A stretch of DNA of 64,000 nucleotides from Raja brachyura (Eukaryota): contig OY740816.1 of NCBI GenBank assembly GCA_963514005.1, positions 22,630,001 to 22,694,000 of the forward strand. The letters are read 5' to 3'. The notes under the pieces are model-generated. The model saw only the letters and a list, made by a program, of their open reading frames with translations, had not been told where the DNA came from and ran no database searches. Both the position numbers and the translations under genes were made by a program. Positions within the stretch are counted from its first letter, which is position 1. Each line of letters starts with the position of its first letter. Below, one piece after another: positions 1-11,775 of this stretch.

Positions 1-428
1 GGATCTAAAAATGTGACAAAGGGTTGATTGAAGTGGAGGATAAGATTCTTGTGGTTTGTGTTTATATTCATTATTGGAATTTGGGCATCAGTGGCAAGGC
101 CTGTATTTATTGCCACCCATACTGTGAAGATTTATACACAAATTGATAGTGATTTAGTCCAATCTGATACTCGAGCCTCAAATCCGAATAAAGCTAAATT
201 ACAAAGGCATGGTGTGATTTGGCTATAATCGATGGGGAAGCTACATTAAAATGACAACAAGCAATGGCTAACAATTTAGGATTAATACATAATTTTTGAT
301 TAACATATTTTTAAGCAAAGAAAGCCAACAGTATTAGTGGATCAAATGAAAAGGTTTATAATGTTGCAAAATTAGCTATTTTACAATAACCAACAAACCA
401 ATTAATTTCCTTAATATATAAAGATTAC

Positions 429-533
429 ATTGTTACAGAAAGAACTGGAAGAGCTTGAGAAGTCTGAAAAAGAAATGTCTAAATTGGAAGAGGAGGTAGA
501 TGAAGATACTACAGTCGTTATTCCATCAACTAA
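429..533 (+). CDS. SPC24: SPC24 (NDC80 kinetochore complex) internal coding exon; upstream exons lie outside the window
   Basis: Translates xLLQKELEELEKSEKEMSKLEEEVDEDTTVVIPST, matching the vertebrate SPC24 motif ELEEL...EVDEDTTVTIPS. Donor AA|GTAAGT at 534. The 5' boundary is placed at the AC of 427-428, after a U12-type branch site TTCCTTAAT (407-415). An alternative AG acceptor at 437-438 would start the exon at 439. Confidence 0.85.
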
Positions 534-1075
534 GTAAGTTAAAATACTTAAAATTACATTGAAAAGCCACTTCTACCTTCACTGTCTTTAGTATTATATC
601 TGGATATGGATTGACTAATGGATTAAATGATGTGTGGAGGGAGATCAACCAGCTTCTTTGCTCAGCGAGGATAAATAATTCAGTCTTCATGACAGCCTGG
701 GTGCAGTTTGAAGGATTGGGAACTGTTGTAATGGTAAGTTGTGGTTATAGATTGCAGTAGAATTGTGCAGTACTTAAAACGAGTACCTGACCTCCAGATG
801 CACTAGCAACCTGCTTACAAAGCATGGAGCATTCTGCAATAATCAAGCAAGAAAGTTAAGATTACTTAAACAATTCCAAACAAATAAGAAATTTCAAGGT
901 AAACTTGTTTCTCTGACCAGCACACTGATGAAATGTCTTGCCAGATTTTTGACTGAGATATGGTATAGCACACAGTATGTAAGAGAATGTTTCTGCCTCA
1001 ACTTGAAGTCTTGCTGTCTGTTGGCAACATGTGTTATTTTTGTGGAGTACTTAAATTTAAATATGGTTTGCATAG

Positions 1076-1152
1076 GTACTTGGCCCACATCTTCCACAAG
1101 GTTACTAAGATCATTTGGGACTATGACTGCGACCCTTCACTTGTAAGAGGCG
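1076..1152 (+). CDS. SPC24: SPC24 penultimate coding exon (77 nt)
   Basis: Acceptor ttgcatAG. Translates (K)[25 protein letters not shown], like the SPC24 segment YVAQLYHQVSKIEWDYECEPGMVKG. Splice phase is compatible with both flanking exons. Donor GTATCCTTT. Confidence 0.93.
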
Positions 1153-2919
1153 GTATCCTTTCATGTGCGACTACAAAGGTGAATTCTGCTGATGAATTGA
1201 AGATATGTTTGGGGCAGATATCTTCAAAATAAAAGGGGGTAAATTGAGCAGTGGTGGCACAGATTTTCAACATTTTCCAGAGAAAAAGGCTTGGTGTTTC
1301 AAGGGGAACAAATGAATTGGAGTACAAGATGGTATTATGGTTCTTGGTATCAAAAAATTCTTCAATAGATCCTTCCACTTGCTTTGTCTTTTTTAATCCC
1401 ATTAGAACACATCCATTAATTGCGAATTTAACATGTTTAAAGCAATAGACGGGAGATTAGTTCATCCTTAATTATGCTTAATTTCCAGTATTTTTTTAGG
1501 TTATAAGGTGATAAGTAATAGGAGTAGAATCAGGCTACACAGCCCATCAAGTCTATTCCACCATTCAATCATGGCTGATCTATTTTTCCCTCTTAACCCC
1601 ATTCTCCTGCCTTCTCCCCAGAACTGCTGACACCGTATATCCATTTGTCCCACACACCAGCTCACCCCATTTATCCTATTCATTATATTTGAAATCCTAA
1701 AAATGCCTTTCATGTACCACTCAAAAATTGCGATCTCAAAGATTTATTTCCAGTCTGAAGAGGGGTCTCGACCTGAAACGTCACCTATCTCCTTCGCTCC
1801 TAAGATGCTGCTGCACCCGCTGAGTTTCTCCAGCTTTTTGTGTAACCCTTTATGATAAAGGGTTACATAAAGGGTTATGATTCTCTGCCACAGAAGGTAG
1901 TTGAGGCCAGTTCATTGGCTATATTTAAGAGGGCGTTAGATGTGGCACTTGTGGCTAAAGGGATCAGGGGGTATGGAGAGAAGGCAGGTACGGGATACTG
2001 AGTTGGATGATCAGCCATGATCACATTGAATGGCGGTGCAGGCTCGAAGGGCCGAATGGCCTACTCCTGCACCTATTTTTTTTTCTATGATGAACCACTC
2101 AATTTTTAATTATAGTTTCTAATAACTTGCCTGCCATAAAATAGATCGGTAGGTTTACATGTTTTCCTTCACTTACATAGATATGGGTATTTAATATGAA
2201 TTAATTATAAAAGGCAGTGTGAAGAAAGCTAGTTTAAAAATAATTGGTGGAGACCTGGACAGATTGGGCAGACTGGCTACTTTCCAAGCTGCAAACTATT
2301 TTGGTTCTAATTGGATTGATCAGTTGAAATACAATTGGATCATTTTGAAAGATCACATGCTCTACTGACATGTTAAAATTCATAAACTACTGTCAGATAA
2401 CTGAAACATTGCAATAATGGTTGTAATCTAAGGTAAATTGATGGAAAATTACCATATCATAAAGGTTGGAAGAGATAAGAAGAAATGCATTTCAGGCAAG
2501 CCAGAATTATCAGAGAAACAGTTTATGACAGTTAATAACAGCTAATATTTAAAGTAATTTTATTAATGAATAGCACAGAAAACTGATTAACGATTTTTTA
2601 ATAGAAAATTGCTTAAGTTGTGTTTTAATAAGTTCTGTTTTGGGCCTTTAAGTTTCATTTCTCATCTGACATGCTGGTTAAATTTGAGAATATTGGTAAT
2701 TATTATGTTCCATACTGCCATTTTCATACGTTGCGTGCACAAGTATAACAACTGATCAATGTGCTTTTTATTAAAAAAATTACATTATTTTTGGTCAAAA
2801 CAGGCCAGTAGATTCTTATATTTTAACTTTACATTCAATCCTCTTTAATTATTCAAGTGTTAGAAAGTGGTCTTTTGGATTGATGAGAATGCAGTGATTT
2901 CCTTAACTATACTTTCCAG
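1153..2919 (+). other. SPC24: U12-type (minor spliceosome) GT-AG intron of SPC24
   Basis: 5' splice site GTATCCTTT. Branch site TTCCTTAAC at 2899-2907, 10 nt before the AG at 2918-2919. No long pyrimidine tract. Confidence 0.92.
1500..2090. mobile_element. Intronic cluster: CR1/HER1-like 3' fragments and a Penelope pLTR fragment with a hammerhead motif (1755-1782)
   Basis: Recurrent CR1 tail (ggggtatggagagaaggcagg...ggccgaatggcctactcctgcacc) and ctgaagaggggtctcgacctgaaacgtc. Confidence 0.8.
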
Positions 2920-3026
2920 TTCACTTTGGAGTGGGTTTGGCACAACCCATTAACATTGATTCTACTAAGCACTCCGACAGTTTCATCTGCGATTACCTGT
3001 GGAGTCTGGTGAGCACAGATTGGTAA
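2920..3026 (+). CDS. SPC24: SPC24 last coding exon
   Basis: Translates (V)[34 protein letters not shown], matching the SPC24 C-terminus (AQPI.LDS...FI.DYLWSLV..W). Preceded by TTCCTTAAC...CAG. Confidence 0.95.
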
Positions 3027-3291
3027 ATTCTTTTCTGGGCCTGGAACTATAAGTGAATTACATATTTTGGGTGTCCACGTTTGGAATGAAATCTTTCCAG
3101 TCATATGGCTTCGATCTTGGAAAATATAGCTTTCATGAGTGAAAAGTTGATTCAACAGATTCTTTGGATGTGGTATTTTTGTAAGGCCGTATTTAAAAGA
3201 TGACTTATTGTACAACAAAGTAAGTTGGACAATGTGTTTTCCCTAATGGAGTGGTGGTGATTGAAAATCTTCTCAACTACAAACATGCAGG

Positions 3292-3297
3292 AATAAA
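3292..3297 (+). terminator. Candidate SPC24 polyadenylation signal
   Basis: First AATAAA after the stop codon, about 265 nt downstream, followed by GT-rich sequence. Confidence 0.5.
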
Positions 3298-3355
3298 TCT
3301 GTTTACTACCACTCTGTGTCAAAATACTAGAATGTTGTAAAATACTATTAATCAC

Positions 3356-3418
<63 letters not shown>
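3356..3418. repeat. Compound (TG)n(TA)n microsatellite
   Basis: Directly visible. Confidence 0.95.
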
Positions 3419-3421
<3 letters not shown>

Positions 3422-3564
3422 ATGTAAACTTTTACAGAAATGATAGATCTATTTGCTTTGGCACATGTAAATTAAAAAAAAAAATTGCTGCCATGGGCAT
3501 GAGAACCGTCGAGTTATTAGATGAAAATTGCCCATATCTTCTACGTAACTAGATCTGTGTTGGA

Positions 3565-4125
3565 ACACTTAGTGCTGGAGTAACTCAGCAGGTCAGACAG
3601 CATCTCTGGAGGGCATGGATATGATATTTTGGGTCGAGTCTGTTCTTCAGGCTGATTGAAATAGGGAGAAGAAAGCTGGAAAAGAGGTGGGGACGGGACA
3701 AAGCCTGGCAAGTGATGGCTAAACACAAAATGCTGGAGCAACTCAGTGGGTGAGGCAACATCTCTGGAGAGAAGGAATGGACGACATTTCGGGTCGAGTC
3801 CCTTCTTAAGACTGATGTCGGGAGGGGGCGGGACAAAGATAGAATGTGATGTGTGCATGCAGGTGTGGGGTTTTGATTGGCTGACGGGTGGTCAAAGGCA
3901 GATATGAAAAAGAGACAAGGGTGAGAGTCAAATAAGGGGAGAAGAGGAGTAATATTTCCACCCCCCAGTTTTTTTAAAAAACCCCCTTTCCTCCTGTGTC
4001 GCCCACCCGTCTGAAAAAAGGTACCGACCCAAAACATTGTCTATTCCTGCCCTCCAGAGATGCTGACCCATTGGGTTACTCCAGCAGTTTGTGTTTTGCC
4101 CAAGATTCCTTGTGCTTCCATAGTT
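3565..4125. mobile_element. Penelope-derived pLTR fragments in inverted orientations
   Basis: Repeated module tgctggagtaactcagc...cagcatctctggag...tttcgggtcgag, the same module that follows the GIY-YIG ORF at 63480-63578. Confidence 0.7.
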
Positions 4126-7009
4126 CTGTAGTACGGTCATAGAATTGACATGAATTGACAATACCGGTTCTGGTCCATTCTTAGTCATGTATGTGACCAA
4201 AAGGATGAAAAATTGTGGAATACATCTCTTCTAATTCTGGAAGCTTTACAGGTATGTTGTTTTCTGCTGCATATATGACTAATTTTTTTCGGTTTATCAT
4301 AAAAAAAATTTGCTGACAATATTTAGGGTAAGAGGTCAAATGTGACTGGTCACGTGTGACATCACACGGAAGCATTTTACAAACTGAATTTTAAAAAGCT
4401 GGAATGTTCATATATTTAGCTGACATGCATTGTAGTTCTGTAGGTAGGAAAAATAACAATGAATAAGATTAATCTCTTACAAGAACTTTTCGATGTATCA
4501 CTTTGTGATGACATATGGTAATGTGTGTGACAAATTTTGTTCACTTTCCAAAGAATGGGCCTTCTGGATTCCTCAGATTCTAATTACTGCCTTCCATATG
4601 CATGACTTGTCTTTCCAAGTTAGTCAAGAGTAGCATTGGTGGGGAATATGTGGCTATGGTAAATTAACATATAACAGTGAAAAAACAAGAAGCTTTGGCA
4701 TGAAAAATGTTGGGTTTTAGTAAGAGCCATGAGTATTGAAACCCGAGTTTATAATAAGGTTTTTGTGGGTTTTCATACAATATATTGCGAAATAAGCTGT
4801 ATTTTGAGCTTGCACTGAAAATCTGCTGTAATAAAGTGTTTTTGCTTCCACTTCCATTATGGGAATAATCTTTTGCTTTCTTAATTTCTATATTATGTAT
4901 TAAAATTTGTTTTACAGAGGAGTTGTGATCATTTATTAAATAGTATCTGAAACTGGTGGTGTTATATGCAACTTATGCACCCATGATTTTTCTGTCCCTT
5001 ACTCTTTTCACGTGCAGTTTGGACTGCATTTAGGCAACTGTAACTTCAGGAGGCTCTGGAAGAGCAAACATGGATTCTATAGTAAATAACTTTTAAAACT
5101 TCAGTTGCAAGAATAGCTGTGTATTATGACTTCCATGTGCAGATAATTGAATTCATTTTGACTCGTTTTCACAAACTGATGCTAGTTGGCAGCTATGTTG
5201 CGATGGAATCTTAGTTATCTCTCAGAAGAAGTCGGGAACGGATAGAATCAAATTTTTTGTTGAGGATTTTGAGATGTGATTGCAGATTATTTTTTTTGTG
5301 GAGTTTTGGTGAGAAACTCCTCAGGCTATTGTGATTAGCAGCAGGCTGGGATGCCCCCAACAAGCAGGCCCGGCTAGCCTGCCGCGGTCTCCGGACCTCG
5401 CCCTAAGGGACCTCGTCTGCGGGACCTTGCCAAAGGCTTGTTGGTCAGCGGGATCAGGAACTCACCCGAAGGCTTGGCAGACAGCGTAACCAGGATGAGC
5501 TGGTGAAGTCGGACGCGAAGAAGGTTGCACCGGGGTAATGCCTCCAGCATCTTCAGGAGGTGCCCCGGGACATAAAGATGGAGAGGAAAGGGACATCTGT
5601 TTGCGGGAACTGCTCCAGTGTATTGAGCGCGCGAGCAGTCTGGACTTTCGACTTTGAATAATGGTGACACCTGCATGTGTAATATGAAAAAAATAATTTC
5701 ACTGTGCAGTTGCATATGTGACAACTAAACCACTATTGACTATTCAACTAACCACATTAATAAAATTGAAATACCGGTATCTAATTCTGGCTTTGTGAGA
5801 TGTGGGTGGCTGGTTTGCACTGCTCTGCATTTGTCTATTTGTATCTGTTTAATTAACATTTCAAAGACTTATAATGTTAAACCATTTTTAATCACCTTTA
5901 TATGTGATTGGTTAGGTGCAGCTAAGTACTCCAAGCAGAGTGCACCGTTTCCTTTTATCCCCAGTTGAAATTGTTATAATTTTGCACAGGGTTGTGTAAT
6001 TTGTTGCATATTTACCTTGAGGCACATCAACCCCACTGCCATCTGACCTCTGTATTGGTCAGAGATGGCATTCAACATCTTTGAGAAACTGGCTGCACTA
6101 TTCTCTGGAATATATTATACTTATGATGCAAAGTTAATTTTGCCAGTTGCCACTGCAGCAATTAGCATCGGATTCTCAAGTAATTGTTCCATGTATAAGT
6201 GAAGCCAAGTGAAAATGGCACTACCCAACAGCGGAAGTCCTGGAAGCAACTGGCTCTGTTAAGTAGCAAGAACATACATTTTCCTGCTTTGTTCTTTTAG
6301 TTTACTGATAGTGCAAGTTGGAGTATGTTGTGAACCATTATTAAGTTCAACAATTGAGCGAATGTACGGGATACACAAATTAATTGAAAGAAAATGTTGG
6401 GCCAGTGATACATATACATCACCGAAGCTTGCATGTTTGATCCGCATCATAAGACAGCTAAGGAAGGTAAATAAAATAGTAAGTATATAAATTTATAATG
6501 CACATACTTTTTCTCCCAGATATGAGAGTCAAATAATAGTCAAATTCTTAATCATGGCAGTGTTCCATGTAATATAATAATTACAGATACACATGACATT
6601 CTGCAGCAAATGTGCTACATATAACATAATCCTTTGTAGTTACAACAGTGCTTGCTCTTTAGAAATATTCCATTCAGCATCAAAGGATAAAAAGGGGCTG
6701 TATATATACAAAGCTTTCTTTAGAGTTCTTGCATTCAATCATTTTGGATATGTATTCCTTTCGCCATTGGACTGCCACTGCATCTGAGTAGCACCGCCAT
6801 TAATTGGGGAATCAAATAGTGCTGGTATCTCCATAGCTTGAATTTACTAGTTTTACTGTACAGTTTTATCTAATTTATTGAAAAGGGGAAAGTCAACATA
6901 TTTATTGTTTATAGTTTTATTTAATAATAGTTAATGGCCTAAAGCAAGCTGTTCTTTAACATAATCCACAGTTCCTTAGTCCTACGTGTTCTGAACCAAT
7001 TAATAAAAG

Positions 7010-7345
7010 GCATAGATAGAATGGATGTGGAAAGGATTTTTACACTGGTGGGAGAGTCTAGGACCAGAGGTAATAGCCTTAAAATTAAAGGGCGCTCTTT
7101 TAGAAGAGATGAGGAGGAACTTTGGTCAGAGGGTTGTTAATCTGGAACTCATTGCCACAGAGGGCTGTGGAGGCCAAGTCAGTGGATATTTTTACGGTAG
7201 AGGTAGACAAATTCTTGATTGGAACAGTGTCAAGGGTTATGGGGAGAAGGCAGGAAAATGTGATAAGGAGGCAGAGATCAGCCAAGATTGAATGGCTCAG
7301 ATCCGATGGACCGAATGGCCTAATTCTATTCCTATAACCTGTAAA
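7010..7345 (+). mobile_element. CR1 (HER1-like) LINE 3' fragment
   Basis: Broken C-terminal ORF2 motifs (GESRTRG.SL, WNSLPQRAVEA) and the CR1 3' tail. Confidence 0.85.
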
Positions 7346-8636
7346 TTAACTTGATGTAGCTACTAATTATCTACTTGTTCATCACTTTACATTATAAGTT
7401 CGCCACTGTGAATGAAAATAATAAGGTTAAACAAATGTAATAGTTAAATTGCATTCGACAAATGCATTCTAAACTTAGTTATCTCCATAGTATTTACTGT
7501 ACTCACTGCATATCTTGTTAAAACAAAATATACGTAGGCAGAACCCACAAACTTGAACTCGACATAAACTAAAGTCCAGTTGGGAAACTACTGTTGCCTT
7601 GCCAGGAATTTTAGTTTTTATTCCACTTGCCTAGTTAATAATTTGCTGAATTACACACTGAGTTTCAGTGCTTCATGTACAAGACACCATTTCTCTCCAT
7701 TCAAACTACATTCTGCTTTTCTATTTCTCCAACCAAAGCTGCTACTAGAACATTTTACTCCAACTGTTGCACTTCCTTCACTTGTTCTAGCCCAGCTGCA
7801 TTCTTTGTAAACAATTTGCCTTGATTTTTCAACGTTAACATCTTTTGGGCTGAAAATATTACAATTGATAAAACTGCATAATTGCTGACTTTAATTTGCC
7901 TGCATTGAGCGATGCTCTGATTTGTAATGGACATGAATGATAATAAGATACACACACTCCATGCATGTAGCACCCATGGTCAGTATTGAACCCATATTTC
8001 TCAAAAATTGTGGCTGGCAGTGACTGCTGTGCCATACCTGCTGCATAATACTACAGTCCAATAACATCAAAAACCAAAGAGAAAATGGCTAACTTCCCAT
8101 AACTTGGGAGATATCTCTGTCAAGATAGTCATCGATGATAAAGTTCACTACCACTTCAATATGCTAACATACTCTTTGGTTGATTGAGGAAAAGTGTATT
8201 TGAAGATCAAGACCTCACAGAGCACAAATGCGTAGTCTACCAGACATTAGTGACCCACCTAACTGCAACAACCTGGATTCTGCAGTGCAGATATCGCAAG
8301 CCATTGGAAAAATACCACCGATATTGTGCAGGATGTGGTGTCACCTATTTTCACTAGTTAAGTTCTGTGTCAAGAGGTTGAGAATCCAGTTGCTGAGAAG
8401 TTCTGACCCCTAGGACCAGGAGTTTAGAGATGTTTGGTTGTGATTATGATATTGAAGGCAGAGATATATTTAATAAACTACACTAAGTGGGACCCGTTGG
8501 GTCCAAGCATCACACGGGAGGGCTGGTCACCAATGCAATATTGCTTGCCATTGAGGGGGTGGGGGGCCTTTCTGTTGTGCGCCGATGGTACTGGTTTCCA
8601 GAGGGCTAGTATAGACATTGTGGGCCAAATGGATTC

Positions 8637-9145
8637 TTGGGCTGCAGCCACCCGACAACCAAAATTCATTTTGTGAACACAAACTCTTTAAAAAGACGAG
8701 GCAAACAATTGGGCTGCAGCCACCCGACAACCAAAATCCATTTTGTGAACACAAACTCTTTAAAAAGGAGAGGCAAACAATTGGGTTGCTGCCACCCGAC
8801 AACTAAAATTCATTTTGTTAACACAAACTCTTTTAAAAGGAGAGGCAAACAATTTTGCTGCAGCCACCCGCCAACCAAAATCCATTGTGTGAACACAAAC
8901 TCTTTAAAAAGGCGAGGCAAACAATTGGACTGCAGCCACCCGACAATCAAAATTCATTTTGTGAACACAACTCTTTAAAAAGGCGAGGCAAACAATTGGG
9001 CTGCAGCCACCCGACAACCAAAATCCATTTTGTGAACACAAACTCTTTAAAAAGGCGAGGCAAACAACTGGGCTGAGCCACCGACAACCAAAATCATTTT
9101 GTGAACACAAACTTTTTAAAAAGAAACAATTTGGCAGCAGCCAAT
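8637..9145. repeat. 72-bp tandem minisatellite, about 7 units, inside the Helitron
   Basis: Unit ttgggctgcagccacccgacaaccaaaatccattttgtgaacacaaactctttaaaaaggcgaggcaaacaa; units start at 8637, 8709, 8781 and onward. Confidence 0.95.
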
Positions 9146-9299
9146 TCAAGGGGACTCACCGTGGAGTAGACGTACGTTCAGTGTTATTCACAGCTCAGAG
9201 AGCTGTGACCCTCTCGCTTCCTGGGTCTGGCAGAGGCTTCTTCTTTCGTGTGGCGTGCACAGCCTAAAGTTGTTGGACAACTTGTTCTATTTGATCTTA

Positions 9300-9850
9300 G
9301 AAACATAGAAAATAGGTGCAGGAGTAGGCCATTCGGCCCTTCGAGCCTGCACCGCCATTCAATATGATCATGGCTGATCACCCAACTCAGTATCCCTTAC
9401 CTGCCTTCTCTCCATACCCCCTGATCCCTTTAGCCACAAAGGCCACATCTAGCTCCCTCTTAAATATAGCCAATGAACTGGCCTCAACTACCTTCTGTGG
9501 CAGAGAATTCCAGAGATTCACCACTCTCTGTGTGAAAAATGTTTTTTCTCATCTCCGTCCTAAAACATTTCCCCCTTATCCTTAAGCTGTAACCCCTTGT
9601 CCTGGACTTCCCCAACATCGGGAACAATCTTCCTGCATCTAGGCTGTCCAACCCCTTAAGAATTTTGTACGTTTCTATAAGATTCCCCCTCAATCTTCTA
9701 AATTCTAGCGAGTACAAGCCGAGTCTATCCAGTCTTTCTTCATATGAAAGTCCTGACATCCCAGGAATCAGTCTCTGGTGAACCTTCTCTGTACTCCCTC
9801 TATGGCAAGAATGTTTTTCCTCAGATTTGGAATGTCTTTCCTCAGATTAC
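9300..9850 (-). mobile_element. CR1 (HER1-like) LINE 3' fragment
   Basis: ORF 9484-9759 (LSYEERLDRLGLYSLEFRRLRG...KSRTRG.SL) and a (TTTCTATG)-type tail at 9300. Confidence 0.9.
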
Positions 9851-9895
9851 TCAGAGCTGAACATATTGAAACAGATGGACCTCTTGAAATAGATT

Positions 9896-10224
9896 ATGCA
9901 TAACCCTATGCAGGAAGACACTGACTCAGACCAGGTGGGTAATCAGTGTGATGACAATCAGGACATTGATGAGGATGGCAATGATGGCGTTTCTGATGAG
10001 AAGGACAATTGCCGTTTTGTTCCCAACCCTGACCAGATCGATGCTGATGGTGACAACAGAGGAGACACGTGCAAGAACGACTTTGACAACAACATCCCAG
10101 ATATCTATGACATGTGCCCCGAGAACTGCGCCATCAGTGAAACTGACCTGAGGAAGTTCCAACGGGGACAATGCAGATCGTTCCTAACTGGGTAGTGCAC
10201 AACAAGGTCAGGGAGTTACCGCAG
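9896..10224 (+). pseudogene. Processed thrombospondin-1/2-type cDNA fragment (type 3 calcium repeats to the start of the C-terminal domain), internally deleted and frameshifted
   Basis: [87 protein letters not shown], then QIVPNWVV in another frame. Matches THBS1/2 CPEN..ISETDFR.FQ...DPNWVV with no introns. Confidence 0.88.
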
Positions 10225-10248
10225 TCTTACGTTTGTGCACGTCGAGTT

Positions 10249-10302
10249 GATTGCATTAGTCGAAACAGGGCGGACCACGTGAAGGTTGCAATCTTCCACC
10301 CC
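10249..10302 (-). ncRNA. Minimal HDV-like self-cleaving ribozyme (predicted)
   Basis: GGGGUGG aa GAUUGCA ACC UUCACGU GGU CCGCCCU GUUUCGA CUAA UGCAAUC: P1 7 bp with G1-U wobble, P2 7 bp perfect, P3 3 bp, 7-nt L3, J4/2 CUAA. Confidence 0.85.
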
Positions 10303-11234
10303 TGGCAGAGGCTGAGTGAAGCACGACACTTCCGGGTTTTATAGTCCCTCCCCCCTGCCCCCTGCCACCAGCGGGGGCAGTAGAGAGAATGGGGAATTTA
10401 AAAAAAACATTAATATCTCTCATTTTTTATCGATGGGAAAAATCCTCTGGTCCAGGAAAGCGGGGGGGGGCTCTAAGCGAGGTGGTCAAAAATGGCAGCC
10501 GTAGGTGGCGCCGTTCTCTGGGAAATCGCAGCACAGTAGGCCAAAAGCGGTCAAGATCAGACTTTTAGTAATATAGATAGGTGTCTGATGTAGTGTTGAC
10601 ATTCCCATATTGGCTTCATTTGCCACCTCAGAATCCACAAAACCAGAGAAAAAACAACATCGTCAAACCTATAGGACTGGTAAATAAGGAAAAGTGACAT
10701 AATGACTGGAATTAAAATATAATAAAATATACATATATGTATGTGTATATATGAATATATATATATATATATATATATTTGGATGAGAATCTTGGTGGAT
10801 GATTGGTTAGTTTGAAGACAACATGAAAATGGGTGTAGTCGTACGTAGCAAAGATAGTTGTTTAAAGATAGAGCAGGACACAGATTAACTGAACATTTTA
10901 ACTGAGTGGTGGCAGTTGGAATTTATGCAGTGTGAGGTGTTTTGGGGGGTCAATTTCTCTTGGGACATATAGCAGAGATCTTAGTGCTGGTACACAGAAT
11001 GACCTTGGGATGCAAGTCTATATATAGCTCAGCTCCAGAAAACCATTTTGGTGTTTATAAATATATTTTTATATATACCTTTTTTTTGAGATGTGGTCAG
11101 TGGCCAGTATTTATTGCCCACCCCTAATTTTTCTTTGTGTAGCAAGGAACTGCAGATGCTGGTTTACACCAAAGATAAACACAAAAAGTTGGAGTAACTC
11201 AGCGGTTTAAGCAGCATCTCTGAAGAAAAGGAAT

Positions 11235-11775
11235 AGACAATAGGTGCAAGAGTAGGCCATTCGGCCCTTTGAACCAGTACCGCCATTCAATGTGATCATG
11301 GCTGATCATCCCCAATCAGTATCCCGTTCCTGCCTTTTCCCCATATCCCCTGGCTGCTATTTTTAAGAGCCCTGTCTAGGTCTCTCTTGAAACCATCCAG
11401 AGAACCTGCCTCCACCGCCCTCTGAGGCAGAAAATTCCACAGACTCACCACTCTCTGTGAGAAAAAGTGTTTTCTCGTCTCTGTTCTAAATGGCTTACTC
11501 CTTATTCTTAAACTGTGGCCCCTGGTTCTGGACTCCCCCAACATCGGGAACATGTTTCCTGCCTCTAGCGTGTCAAACCCTTAACAATCTTATATGTTTC
11601 AATGAGATCCCCTCTCATCCTTCTAAACTCCAGAGTGTACAAGCACAGCTGCTCCATTCTCTCAGCATATGACAGTCGCGCCATCCCGGGAATTAACGTT
11701 GTAAACCTAAGCTGCACTCCCTCAATAGCAAGAGTGTCCTTCCTCAAATTAGGGGACTGAAACTGCGCACAATAG
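11235..11775 (-). mobile_element. CR1 LINE 3' fragment inside a Penelope pLTR fragment
   Basis: ORFs 11296-11553 and 11565-11747 carry CR1 C-terminal motifs. Confidence 0.85.

Larger units (their letters stand above)
9239..10302 (-). mobile_element. Short non-autonomous retroposon with a 5' HDV-like ribozyme and AAG-type tail, interrupted by a CR1-THBS insertion
   Basis: TSD TGGCAGAGGCT at 9228-9238 and 10303-10313. Tail ...cacacgaaagaaga. Ribozyme fold at 10249-10302. Confidence 0.8.
8478..10577 (-). mobile_element. Non-autonomous Helitron with internal minisatellite and nested insertions
   Basis: On the minus strand it starts A|TCTATATTACTAAAAG and ends with hairpin GGACCC-AAC-GGGTCC, then cacttagt, GTAG|T (CTAG with one change). 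Inserted between A and T with no TSD. Confidence 0.8.

Noticed and set aside
987-1232. 81-aa ORF as a standalone gene
   Set aside because: Only 1076-1152 is coding (SPC24 exon); the rest is intron read-through.
5340-5745. GC-rich patch as a CpG-island promoter or 116-aa ORF
   Set aside because: It ends in a Rex-like 3' tail (tttcactgtgc...gtgacaa..aaa) and has no associated exon, so it is more likely retroelement-derived.
8637-9145. Regular repeats resembling a CRISPR array, and the repetitive ORFs over them
   Set aside because: The units are contiguous with no unique spacers, the context is eukaryotic and there are no cas genes. It is a Helitron-internal minisatellite.
9896-10195. Functional thrombospondin exon
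   Set aside because: Internal deletions, a frameshift, no other THBS exons in the window, and it is nested inside transposons.
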